From Arcobacter sp. (GTDB lineage Bacteria; Campylobacterota; Campylobacteria; Campylobacterales; Arcobacteraceae), in NCBI RefSeq assembly GCF_050294675.1, contig NZ_JBNKON010000032.1: 64,000 nucleotides of DNA; one strand, written 5' to 3'. The notes below the pieces were generated by a model. The model saw only the letters and a list, made by a program, of their open reading frames with translations, made no database searches and was not told the DNA's origin. The translations under genes were made by a program, and so were the position numbers. Below, one piece after another: positions 1 to 8,472 of the stretch; within the stretch, counting starts at the first letter, position 1; the number at the start of each line of letters is the position of its first letter.

Positions 1-448
1 TCTTACTTAATCCATTTGCACTTAACATTGCTAAAAGAGAAGCAGAAAAAGCTGCATCAGGTGTAATCATAATTTTTTTATTTTTTAAATCTTTTACATT
101 TCTGATATTTGATGATTTTTTTACCAATAGCATCAAAGGAGATTTTTGAAAAATGGCTCCTAATGCAATAATATCTTCACCATTTATTTTTTCAATTAAT
201 AAAGAAGACCTACCAATAGCAAAATCAGCCTTTTGTGTTTTGATTTCATCAATTAAATCAATATTTGGTTTAAACTCTTTTATATCTACGTCTAAACCTA
301 CTTCTTTGTAAAAGCCTTTTTCTTTAGCAATATAATATCCAGCAAATTGAAATTGATCTAACCAGTTAAGTTGAAGAGTCACTTTTTTTTCATTATCTGC
401 AAAAAGTAAAACTGAAAGAAAGAGTAAAAATAAAAGCATCTTTTTCAT
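1..448 (-). CDS. secreted solute-binding-like (NMT1/THI5/SsuA-type) domain protein, N-terminal part only (3' end off window)
   Basis: Hand translation of the minus strand from ATG 448-446 gives MKKMLLFLLFLSVLLFADNEKKVTLQLNWLDQFQFAGYYIAKEKGFYKEVGLDVDIKEF... This is a signal peptide followed by an LNW..QFAGYY.A.EKG.Y pattern typical of this binding fold. It is absent from the ORF track because it is truncated. Confidence 0.5.
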   Translation of the reverse strand, partial: MKKMLLFLLFLSVLLFADNEKKVTLQLNWLDQFQFAGYYIAKEKGFYKEVGLDVDIKEFKPNIDLIDEIKTQKADFAIGRSSLLIEKINGEDIIALGAIFQKSPLMLLVKKSSNIRNVKDLKNKKIMITPDAAFSASLLAMLSANGLSK

Positions 449-512
449 AATTAGCCTTTTATAATTACCTCATCATATCAACTTTTTAATTATTTTTCAA
501 GCTTTAAACTAT

Positions 513-1919
513 TTAATCTTTATACACGCTAATTTTTTCTCTTTTATTTACTCTAGTATTTCCCCTATTTGCTCCCACTTTTGATGGAGTAAATTTTGAA
601 TTATCTTTTGTTCTTCTATCATTATTATTTTTTTTAGATTCATTATCTTTTCTAAAAGTTTTTTTTTCTTTATTTCTATTTTCTTTTGAAGATTTAGAAT
701 TATTTTTGTTAAATGAATTTTTAGATGTTGAACTGTTTTTTCCTCTATTTCCACCCATTCTAATTGGCTCTGCTTTGATTCTTGGATCAACTTCAAAACC
801 TTCTATTACAACTTTTTTTATAGATGTTTTAATTAGCCTTTCTATACTTTTTAAATAATCATGTTCATCAATACATACTAAAGATACAGCTTCACCTTCA
901 TTTCCAGCTCTTCCCGTTCTTCCTATTCTATGGACATAATCCTCAGGAACATTTGGTAATTCAAAATTAACCACATGTGGCAATTGGTTTATATCGATTC
1001 CCCTTGCTGCAATATCTGTTGCTACTAATACTCTAACTGCTCCAGCTTTAAAATCAGCCAATGCTTTTGTTCTAGCACCTTGTGATTTATTTCCATGTAT
1101 AGCAGTTGCACTTATTCCATCGAGTTCTAATTGTTGACTTAATTTGTTTGCCCCGTGTTTAGTTCTTGTAAATACAAGTATTTGTTTCCAATTACCCTCT
1201 TTTATAAGTTTTGATAAAAGTGCTTTTTTTCTGTCTTTATCTACTAAATGCACAACTTGTGAAACCATTTCAGATGAAGTATTTCTTCTAGCTACTTCTA
1301 TTAGCTTTGGTTTATTTAGTATCCCATCGGAGAGTTTTTTAATCTCATCAGAAAATGTTGCAGAAAATAAAAGATTTTGTCTGTGAGCTGGTAAAAGTGC
1401 AATTACTTTTCTAATATCTCTTATAAAACCCATATCAAGCATTCTATCTGCTTCATCAAGTATAAAACACTCAACATGAGATATATCTATTGTATTTTGT
1501 TCTATATGGTCTAATAATCTTCCAGGAGTTGCAATTACTATATCAACACCTTTTCTTAAAAGTGCTTTTTGTGGGTTTATTCCAACTCCACCAAAAATAA
1601 CTGCTGTCTTTAAAGAAAGATATTTCCCATAGTCATCAACACTTTGTGCAACTTGAGCTGCAAGTTCCCTAGTAGGTGTCAAAATCAATGCTCTAATTGT
1701 TGGTTTTGTAGTTTTTATTTCTTTTTTACTTAATAATTGTAATAAAGGAAGTGTAAATCCTGCAGTTTTACCAGTACCTGTTTGAGCACCTGCTAAAACA
1801 TCGTATTTTTTCAAAATAACAGGAATAGCCTGTTCTTGAATAGGACTTGGTTTTGAATAACCTTTATCCTTAATTGCTTTTAATAATGGTTCAATTAAAC
1901 CAAGTTCTTTAAATGTCAT
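513..1919 (-). CDS. rhlE: DEAD-box ATP-dependent RNA helicase (RhlE-like)
   Basis: 468 aa. Motifs present: AQTGTGKT (I), PTRELA (Ia), DEAD (II), SAT (III), [10 protein letters not shown] (VI). Long basic N/K/R-rich C-terminal tail. Confidence 0.85.
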   Translation of the reverse strand: MTFKELGLIEPLLKAIKDKGYSKPSPIQEQAIPVILKKYDVLAGAQTGTGKTAGFTLPLLQLLSKKEIKTTKPTIRALILTPTRELAAQVAQSVDDYGKYLSLKTAVIFGGVGINPQKALLRKGVDIVIATPGRLLDHIEQNTIDISHVECFILDEADRMLDMGFIRDIRKVIALLPAHRQNLLFSATFSDEIKKLSDGILNKPKLIEVARRNTSSEMVSQVVHLVDKDRKKALLSKLIKEGNWKQILVFTRTKHGANKLSQQLELDGISATAIHGNKSQGARTKALADFKAGAVRVLVATDIAARGIDINQLPHVVNFELPNVPEDYVHRIGRTGRAGNEGEAVSLVCIDEHDYLKSIERLIKTSIKKVVIEGFEVDPRIKAEPIRMGGNRGKNSSTSKNSFNKNNSKSSKENRNKEKKTFRKDNESKKNNNDRRTKDNSKFTPSKVGANRGNTRVNKREKISVYKD

Positions 1920-2019
1920 AAATGCCTTTTATAAATATATGTTGTTTTGTTGGTTGGTTTTTCGTAAGAGTTACTAGAAACTGAGTCAATCTGTGAGTAA
2001 TATATTTTTTATTTTCGAT

Positions 2020-2028
2020 ATTATATCA
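2020..2028 (-). promoter_or_regulatory. candidate extended -10 promoter (TGATATAAT on minus strand) for the helicase gene, implying a leader of about 90 nt
   Basis: Plus-strand attatatca is the reverse complement of TGnTATAAT. It lies in the 122-nt gap between the kinase stop and the helicase start. Confidence 0.3.
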
Positions 2029-2041
2029 TATAAATCAAACT

Positions 2042-3760
2042 TTAACTATTTTCTCTTCTATCTTTATTTGGAAGTGTGATTTTAAAGTTAATACCATCAT
2101 TATAATTTTTAACACTTATTTTACCATTTAGTTTATCTACTATAAGTTTTGTTGCATACATTCCTACTCCAGTGCCTTCGCCTATTGGTTTAGTTGTAAA
2201 ATTTAAATCAAAAATCTTATGAATAATATTCTCTTTTATTCCACCTGCATTGTCATAATAATTGATTTCAATATAATCACCTTTTTGAAAAAACATAATC
2301 AAAATTTTTCTTGTCTTAATATTGTTTTCTACAAAAGCATCCCTTGAATTACTTATAAAATTAAGAAAAATATGTTGAAATTCATTTGAAATACCAAAAA
2401 TTTTAATGCCTTTATCACCTTCTATTTTCACATCGATTTGATTACTTTTTAATTCATCCTCAACAATTAATAAAACATTTTCTATATTTTCATAAAGGGT
2501 AAATTTATCATGGGAATCACATGGATTAAAAAATGTTCTAAATCCATTTAAAGTGGAAGCTAAATGTATAATTTGACGTTTAAATTTTTCTGACAATTCA
2601 TCAGCATATGCTTGATTCATCTCCCCATGCCTTACACTCTCGCTTATGTCAATTGCATATAAGGACATTACAGATAGAGGCTGTTTCCATTGATGTGCAA
2701 TAATATCAACTAAATTCCCAACCAATGCTTTTTTTGATTGTTGAATTATATTTGAATCCAAAATCTCCATCTCAGTAATTTTTTCTTCAATTTGCTTTTT
2801 AAGATTTTTATTTATCTCATCTAATCTTTTTTTATCGGTTATATCTTTTCTAAATGAAATATAACCTATGATATTTCTATTTTTATCAAACTTTGGAACA
2901 ATAGTACCATCAATCCAATATATATTTCCATACTTATCTATATTTTTAAGTTCACCCTTCCAAGTTTTTCCAGAATTTATCTCTTCCCACATCTTTTTAA
3001 AAACTTCTTTTGGAATATCAGGATGTCTTATCAAATTATGAGGACGCCCTATTAACTCTGACTTTCCATACCCTGTTACTTCACTAAATGCCGTTGAGAC
3101 ATTTGTTATTATTCCATCCTTATCTGTTTCGGTCATCAAAACATATTTATCTACAGCCTTTAACAAATCTTTATACTTATCATTTTTTATTGCTAATTTA
3201 TTTTTTATATTATCTACATAATGTGCATGAATTAATAAAAGTAAAATCAAAACAGAAAAAACTAGAAATAAAATCTTTGTTCTATACTTCATATCATTGA
3301 TTCCTGTTTCAGTATTAAACTTTATATAGTAATTCAAGTTTTTAGAGGAATCATAATATGGAATCAAGGATATAGAAAAGGTATTTTTATTTGTTTCAAA
3401 TAAAAGAATATTTTTTTCTGCATTTTTAATTGTTTTAAAAACTTCTGTTTTTTTTAAATATGTTAATTGTTCTTCATTAATAAATATTTTTGAAAGCTTA
3501 TTTAATTTTACTTGAAGTTCATCTTTTGTAACTATATTTTGGACAGATTTTAAAATAATTATATTTTTAAATTTGTTATAAATCTTTTCATCAAACTCCT
3601 CAAAAAAGAAGTTTTTAATTATTTTAGACTCTTTAACATCATTATTTAAACTATTTTCTAAAACCTTTTCAAAATGCAAATTTTGATTATAAATTAAACT
3701 TGCATAAACAATTAATTCTAAAAAAAGAAAAATAACAATTGTAAAAACATTTTTACTCAC
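2042..3760 (-). CDS. sensor histidine kinase with extracytoplasmic loop and PAS domain
   Basis: 572 aa. Two hydrophobic segments (aa 5-25 and about 163-185). PAS-like TDKDGIITNVSTAFSEVTGY...WIDGTIVP. H-box IIAHQWKQPL. ATPase boxes DNAGGI and GTGVGMY. Confidence 0.85.
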   Translation of the reverse strand: MSKNVFTIVIFLFLELIVYASLIYNQNLHFEKVLENSLNNDVKESKIIKNFFFEEFDEKIYNKFKNIIILKSVQNIVTKDELQVKLNKLSKIFINEEQLTYLKKTEVFKTIKNAEKNILLFETNKNTFSISLIPYYDSSKNLNYYIKFNTETGINDMKYRTKILFLVFSVLILLLLIHAHYVDNIKNKLAIKNDKYKDLLKAVDKYVLMTETDKDGIITNVSTAFSEVTGYGKSELIGRPHNLIRHPDIPKEVFKKMWEEINSGKTWKGELKNIDKYGNIYWIDGTIVPKFDKNRNIIGYISFRKDITDKKRLDEINKNLKKQIEEKITEMEILDSNIIQQSKKALVGNLVDIIAHQWKQPLSVMSLYAIDISESVRHGEMNQAYADELSEKFKRQIIHLASTLNGFRTFFNPCDSHDKFTLYENIENVLLIVEDELKSNQIDVKIEGDKGIKIFGISNEFQHIFLNFISNSRDAFVENNIKTRKILIMFFQKGDYIEINYYDNAGGIKENIIHKIFDLNFTTKPIGEGTGVGMYATKLIVDKLNGKISVKNYNDGINFKITLPNKDRRENS

Positions 3761-4134
3761 TAGATACCTAATACTAATTCAAGCTTCTTTTCAATATTTT
3801 GCATAGAATCAAATGGTTTCATAATATAATGAGTTGCTCCGTATTTATGTGCTTTTAAAACTCTATCTAAAGTAGAACTTGCAGTCATCATAATAACTTT
3901 TATTTCCGGATTCTTATTAATAATTTTTTCTAATGCTTCAAGCCCATCAAGTTGAGGCATAACGATATCCAAAAATACGACATCTATTTTTGAGTCAATG
4001 TTATCTATTGCAGTAAGAGGATTTGTATAAGTAGAAATATTATATTTTTTATTTCTTGATAATGTTTTTGATAACATTTCAATTATCTCACTAGCATCAT
4101 CAACAATAGCTAAATTATAAGTTCTATCGCTCAT
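3760..4134 (-). CDS. single-domain (CheY-like) response regulator receiver
   Basis: 124 aa. Acidic pocket DD, phospho-acceptor context FLDIVMP, MMTA, and K in MKPF. There is a 1-nt overlap with the kinase start and a 3-nt gap after the chemoreceptor stop. Confidence 0.85.
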   Translation of the reverse strand: MSDRTYNLAIVDDASEIIEMLSKTLSRNKKYNISTYTNPLTAIDNIDSKIDVVFLDIVMPQLDGLEALEKIINKNPEIKVIMMTASSTLDRVLKAHKYGATHYIMKPFDSMQNIEKKLELVLGI

Positions 4135-4137
4135 TTT

Positions 4138-5547
4138 TTACCCCTTTTTTTTCTCAAATAATTTATCTGCAGCATCATGCATTAAATAATTATTTTTTTC
4201 TTCTAAAATTTTATCTAAATACTCAAATACACCTTCACTTGCTTCTTCGATTTTTTGAACTCTTTTTTCAATAACTTCTGTAGTACAAATCTCATCTTTA
4301 CTTGAACACTCATCTGCAAGAGCATTTGCATTATCATGTACTGCTTTATGATATGGTTCAAGTTGTTTATATGATTTTACGAAACTAAACTCTGTTTTTC
4401 CAAGTCCACTTTCATACCATTTACCAAGTCTACAATTATGATGGTCAACGCCATTAAATCCATTTGGTTCACCAAATAAAAGTTTATATAAATTGTTTTT
4501 ATAAATAATATGGTCAAGTTTAGCAAGATTTATAAAGATTTTATTACTTATACTTTCTACTTCAAAAACTGTTCTACTAGAGTTCTTTTCAAATCCATTC
4601 ATAAGTTTTATTAACTCATCAACTCTTACTTTAGTCTCATCAACTGCTTTTGCAATTTGATCTGAACTATTTTTAATATTTAAAGTTTCATTTTGTATTA
4701 AATCAACTACACTTTTTATCTCTTTTGCAGCTTCTGCACTTCTTGTAGCAAGATTTCTTACCTCTTGCGCAACTACTGCAAATCCTTTTCCAGCTTCACC
4801 TGCAGTTGCTGCTTCAACAGCTGCATTTAGTGATAAAATATTTGTTTGAAAAGCAATTGCTTCTATCATATTTATAACTGCTGTAATATTTTTACTATTT
4901 TCTACAAGGTTATGTACCATAGAATTTTCTGATTGAATATGAGATTGAATATCACTTGTATCTTTAACAATATTTTTAGTTAATTGTAAACCTTTTGCGG
5001 AACCTTCAGCTGTTTCTTTTGATTCAGTCATCATAGAATTTAAATCATCTAATAAACCAACATATGCACTTTGTGTTGAAGTTAAAGCATTAGCAATATT
5101 TTCACTGTTGTATTTTGTTATTGAACTATTTTCTGCATCTTTAATTGATACTTTTGTAAGAATAGCAATATTAACATTATCAAAACTTTGATAAGTAATT
5201 TTTGCTTCACAATCACCTAAAACAACTGTAGAATGATTTTCTTTAAGTGCATTTAAAATAAGTGAACTATCTTTTAAATGCGAAGCTGCTCTATCATTTT
5301 TAAATATTTCATTCATGTTTTTATCAAATGCTACTAAACCTTCTTCATAAGAAAATTTAGAAATATTTTTATAAATTTCTAACTCTTTTGTTAATTTAAC
5401 AATCTCTTTTTTTGACTCTTCTTCTTTTTTGTTTTTAAACTCTTCAAATTCCAATCTTTGTGAATTTAAACTCTCGTGTAATTCATTAATCTCTTTTTTT
5501 AGATTAACTATTTCAATATCTTTTTCCCTACAATTACCAAAAAACAT
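4138..5547 (-). CDS. soluble methyl-accepting chemotaxis protein with C-terminal CZB (chemoreceptor zinc-binding) domain, TlpD-like
   Basis: 469 aa with no hydrophobic TM segment. MCP hairpin tip [40 protein letters not shown] 3His/1Cys pattern: H346-xx-Y, C372-RLGKW, H400-xxx-H404. Confidence 0.85.
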   Translation of the reverse strand: MFFGNCREKDIEIVNLKKEINELHESLNSQRLEFEEFKNKKEEESKKEIVKLTKELEIYKNISKFSYEEGLVAFDKNMNEIFKNDRAASHLKDSSLILNALKENHSTVVLGDCEAKITYQSFDNVNIAILTKVSIKDAENSSITKYNSENIANALTSTQSAYVGLLDDLNSMMTESKETAEGSAKGLQLTKNIVKDTSDIQSHIQSENSMVHNLVENSKNITAVINMIEAIAFQTNILSLNAAVEAATAGEAGKGFAVVAQEVRNLATRSAEAAKEIKSVVDLIQNETLNIKNSSDQIAKAVDETKVRVDELIKLMNGFEKNSSRTVFEVESISNKIFINLAKLDHIIYKNNLYKLLFGEPNGFNGVDHHNCRLGKWYESGLGKTEFSFVKSYKQLEPYHKAVHDNANALADECSSKDEICTTEVIEKRVQKIEEASEGVFEYLDKILEEKNNYLMHDAADKLFEKKKG

Positions 5548-5681
5548 ATTAACTCCTATATTAAGAAAAATAATATCAGAAATTAACTTAGTTTAAATAA
5601 TTATAAAATTCTTTATTTAAACATATATAGTTATTTTACTATCATATACAGTTATTTTAGTCTAAACAAAAAAATTTTGGT

Positions 5682-5687
5682 TATAAT
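5682..5687 (+). promoter_or_regulatory. candidate -10 box (TATAAT) for the divergent response-regulator operon
   Basis: ggttataatc lies 31 nt upstream of ATG 5718, and a TAGGA Shine-Dalgarno follows. Confidence 0.3.
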
Positions 5688-5717
5688 CAAATAATTATAA
5701 ATAAATTAGGACTTTTG

Positions 5718-6602
5718 ATGTTTAATATTTTAATTTCTGATGACAATGAAGCAAATATTTATGTGCTTGAAATGCTTATTGAAGAGTGGTTTGAAGAAAA
5801 TAACATAACTAAATATAAAATTGACACAGCTATAAATGGAAAAGAAGCTATCGAAAAAGTAGAAAATTGTATATATGATATAATTTTTTTAGATATTATG
5901 ATGCCTGTTATGGATGGCTTTGAAGCATTAGAATTTATACGAAATAAACAATTAGCATTGCAGCCTAAAATAGTTGTGGCATCTGCAATTATAAATGATA
6001 ATGAAAATAAAAATAAAGCAAAAGAACTAAAAGCAAACGCTTTTATCGTAAAACCTTTATCTCAAGAAACTATAAACATCATGCTTAATAGATATATTAA
6101 AAATATTATTAATCCAAAACAAACTGATGGAATAAAAACAAATACAGAATATATCTATTTTGATAAGGAAGAACAAATAAATGACCATATGCTAAGTGCA
6201 AAAAAACTATTAGCTGAATACCCTGAGAATATATTTGATAAAGATGATATTAAAGAATTAATCGAAGAAATAAATGAGCTAGAACAAGAGATTAAATTTT
6301 CAGCAAAACTTGAAGATACAATAAAAAACTTTTCTAATATAATTGAAAAATCTAGAATCTTACTTCTTAGTTTTTCAGAGTTTACAGAAATAAGTAACTT
6401 ATTAAATGAAATTAAAAATTATATGAATAAAATAGACATTTATCTATTAGAAAATGAAAGTAAAATCTCATTTCAAATATTAGAGTTAGCAGAGATTCTA
6501 TCTGATTGGCTTGAGAGTCTATTTATAGAAGAAAGTTTAGATGATATTTTCGTCATAAATTATTCTATGAAAAATAGTTTCAATACTCTAAAAAACTTAT
6601 AA
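5718..6602 (+). CDS. response regulator: REC domain plus about 170-aa uncharacterised helical C-terminal domain
   Basis: REC signatures: SDDNEAN, FLDIMMPVMDG, IVKPL. The rest is E/K/I/L-rich helical sequence with no DNA-binding or enzymatic motif I can recognise. The track begins at TTG 5715, and ATG 5718 is adjacent. Confidence 0.75.
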   Translation: MFNILISDDNEANIYVLEMLIEEWFEENNITKYKIDTAINGKEAIEKVENCIYDIIFLDIMMPVMDGFEALEFIRNKQLALQPKIVVASAIINDNENKNKAKELKANAFIVKPLSQETINIMLNRYIKNIINPKQTDGIKTNTEYIYFDKEEQINDHMLSAKKLLAEYPENIFDKDDIKELIEEINELEQEIKFSAKLEDTIKNFSNIIEKSRILLLSFSEFTEISNLLNEIKNYMNKIDIYLLENESKISFQILELAEILSDWLESLFIEESLDDIFVINYSMKNSFNTLKNL

Positions 6603-6621
6603 TAAAAGGAAAAATTAATTA

Positions 6622-6918
6622 ATGAAAAATAGTGAACAAATTATTATACTTATCATAACAATTGTGTCTGCAGGATTGACTTGGAAAATGGTTTTTGATT
6701 TTTACAAAACAAAAATTCATAAAGTATTTTCTCACCTAATTGCTGTTATTACCGCTTCTTTTATGCTTTTATCAGTCACATTTTTATTTATGAATAAAGA
6801 GTACCAAAGGGGAAGTGGTGAACCAGAAATGGTATTAAGCCTGTCATCTTTAGGAATTTTATTTGTTATGTTATTTGTTTTGTATATCTTTTTTAGATAT
6901 ATTCCTTCAAAAAAATAG
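6622..6918 (+). CDS. small integral membrane protein (3 predicted TM segments), function unknown
   Basis: 98 aa with hydrophobic stretches IIILIITIVSAGL, LIAVITASFMLLSVTFLF and LGILFVMLFVLYIFF. It starts 19 nt after the regulator gene. Confidence 0.5.
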   Translation: MKNSEQIIILIITIVSAGLTWKMVFDFYKTKIHKVFSHLIAVITASFMLLSVTFLFMNKEYQRGSGEPEMVLSLSSLGILFVMLFVLYIFFRYIPSKK

Positions 6919-7116
6919 ATGTATTTTTTAATCCCAGAAGATAAAAGAGTTCTAATATTTTATATATTAGTTATTATTACTGGAATATTTTTAGACTACT
7001 TAAATATAATTGCAACTGAAAAATTTATAGGTATAATTTTTCTTGTAGCTATACTATTTTTTGTAATAAGAACTCTTTTATTTGGTTATTGTACAAAAGA
7101 TTGTGATGAAAAATAA
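6919..7116 (+). CDS. small membrane protein (2 TM), function unknown
   Basis: 65 aa. It starts at the nucleotide immediately after the preceding stop. C-terminal CTKDCDEK. Confidence 0.4.
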   Translation: MYFLIPEDKRVLIFYILVIITGIFLDYLNIIATEKFIGIIFLVAILFFVIRTLLFGYCTKDCDEK

Positions 7117-7127
7117 CCAAACTTATT

Positions 7128-7146
7128 GATAATGAATATCAATATA
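7128..7146. promoter_or_regulatory. candidate Fur box upstream of the DUF2325 gene
   Basis: GATAATGAATATCAATATA matches 15 of 19 positions of the classical GATAATGATAATCATTATC. In a genome this AT-rich such a match can arise by chance. Confidence 0.35.
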
Positions 7147-7179
7147 ATTTTAATTTAAGTTTACTTTTAATATCATTTT

Positions 7180-7198
7180 AATAATTATTATCAATATA
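7180..7198. promoter_or_regulatory. second candidate Fur box upstream of the DUF2325 gene
   Basis: AATAATTATTATCAATATA matches 14 of 19 positions of the Fur consensus and lies 30 nt upstream of ATG 7228. Confidence 0.3.
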
Positions 7199-7227
7199 GA
7201 TGATAAACTTTTATTAAAGGATATGTC

Positions 7228-7557
7228 ATGAGTGTTTTAGTTATTGGTGGAGATAAAATATCAACTATTATATCAACATTACAAGAGCTAGGAGCAAGTT
7301 CTGTAAAACATTGGGACGCTAGAAAAAAATCTTCTGCACCTAAGAAAAAAATTCCACAAGATACTGATTGTATCATTATGTTAACTTCATTTTTAAATCA
7401 CAATGTAATGCACAAATACAAAAATATTGCAAAAAAACAAAACATACCTTATATTTGTACAAAGCACTCTTCAACATGCGTTTATGATGAATATAAAAAA
7501 ATGATTGATTCTAATAACTGCGAAAATTGTGACAGAATTTGTGGAGCTAGAAAATGA
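7228..7557 (+). CDS. DUF2325-like protein with Cys-rich C-terminus
   Basis: 109 aa. VLVIGGDK...DCIIMLTSFLNHNVMHKYKNIAKKQNIPYICTKHSS fits my recollection of the DUF2325 pattern (GG, D.vi..T..vsH, K..ak....p). The tail is CENCDRIC. Confidence 0.5.
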   Translation: MSVLVIGGDKISTIISTLQELGASSVKHWDARKKSSAPKKKIPQDTDCIIMLTSFLNHNVMHKYKNIAKKQNIPYICTKHSSTCVYDEYKKMIDSNNCENCDRICGARK

Positions 7558-7626
7558 AAATTTTAAAAAAAATTGAGAAATTAAAAAAGAGTATAAAACA
7601 TAATTTATATTTACAATCTATAGAAT

Positions 7627-7653
7627 AATATTTAAGGGAAATCCTTAAATATT
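7627..7653. terminator. bidirectional hairpin between convergent DUF2325 gene and fur
   Basis: Perfect 11-bp arms aatatttaagg / ccttaaatatt with a 5-nt loop. The right arm overlaps the fur stop codon. A/T runs flank both sides. Confidence 0.5.
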
Positions 7654-8098
7654 ATTGGCAATCTTTACAATTACCAAGTAATTGCATTACATGACTTGTA
7701 ACTTTAAAGCCATTGTCTTTTGCTATTTTATCTTGTCTTTTTTCTATCTCTTCATCTATAAATTCAACTATTTTACCACATGATATACATATTAAGTGGT
7801 CATGATGTTTTTTTGTATTTGATTCATACTTTTTGCCATCTGTACCAAAAGTAATAGAAGTGATTAAATGAACTTCTTCAAGAAATGATAAAGATCTATA
7901 TACTGTTGCTATTCCAATATTTGAATCAGGATTTGCAAGTTTTACTTCATTGTAAATCTCTTCAGCTGTTAAGTGTTCAGTTGCATTTAATAAAACTTCT
8001 AAAACAATTTCTCTTTGTTCTGTATATTTTAATCCCTTTTGCTTAACAATTTTTTTTAATTCTTCTTTAATATCTTCAAATTCTTCGTTATTAGTCAT
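7652..8098 (-). CDS. fur: Fur-family metalloregulator
   Basis: 148 aa. N-terminal winged helix, then HHDHLICISCGKIVEF and CKDC metal-site motifs. It is divergent from feoAB, with a Fur-box-like palindrome in between. PerR or Zur cannot be excluded from sequence alone. Confidence 0.75.
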   Translation of the reverse strand: MTNNEEFEDIKEELKKIVKQKGLKYTEQREIVLEVLLNATEHLTAEEIYNEVKLANPDSNIGIATVYRSLSFLEEVHLITSITFGTDGKKYESNTKKHHDHLICISCGKIVEFIDEEIEKRQDKIAKDNGFKVTSHVMQLLGNCKDCQ

Positions 8099-8158
8099 GA
8101 TAAATGTCCTTTTTATTTAAACATAAGAGTATAACAAATAAAATTTAAAAAATCAAAC

Positions 8159-8177
8159 TGATAATTACTATCATTTA
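8159..8177. promoter_or_regulatory. candidate Fur box in the fur/feoA divergent promoter region
   Basis: TGATAATTACTATCATTTA has TGATA/TATCA inverted arms. It matches 13 of 19 positions of the consensus. Confidence 0.4.
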
Positions 8178-8235
8178 AGTACATATTTAATTACTCTGGA
8201 ATACAATATGCACTTAAGTAAGTTAAAGAGGACAT

Positions 8236-8472
8236 ATGGATTTAAGTGAATTACAAAAAGGTGAATGTGGGATTATCACAAAAGTAACTGCAGAACAAGT
8301 TTTAAAATCTAGGCTAAACTCTTTTGGAATAACAAAAGGTGCTAGAATTTATGTTATTGAACAAACAATTTCAAAAAATACAATCGAAATAAGACTTCAT
8401 AGTACAAAAATTGCATTAAGAATTAATGAAGCAAAAACAATAGAAGTAGAAAGAACTGAATGCGAAATTTAA
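8236..8472 (+). CDS. feoA: ferrous iron transport protein A
   Basis: 78 aa with an FeoA-like pattern (L.ELQKGECGIITKV...RLNSFGITKGARI). It overlaps the feoB start. Confidence 0.85.
   Translation: MDLSELQKGECGIITKVTAEQVLKSRLNSFGITKGARIYVIEQTISKNTIEIRLHSTKIALRINEAKTIEVERTECEI

Noticed and set aside
7554-7628. 24-aa ORF (MKILKKIEKLKKSIKHNLYLQSIE) overlapping the stop of the DUF2325 gene as ATGA
   Set aside because: It is K/I/L-rich as expected from random AT-rich sequence, and it runs into the terminator hairpin. There is no independent support, so I am not calling it a gene.
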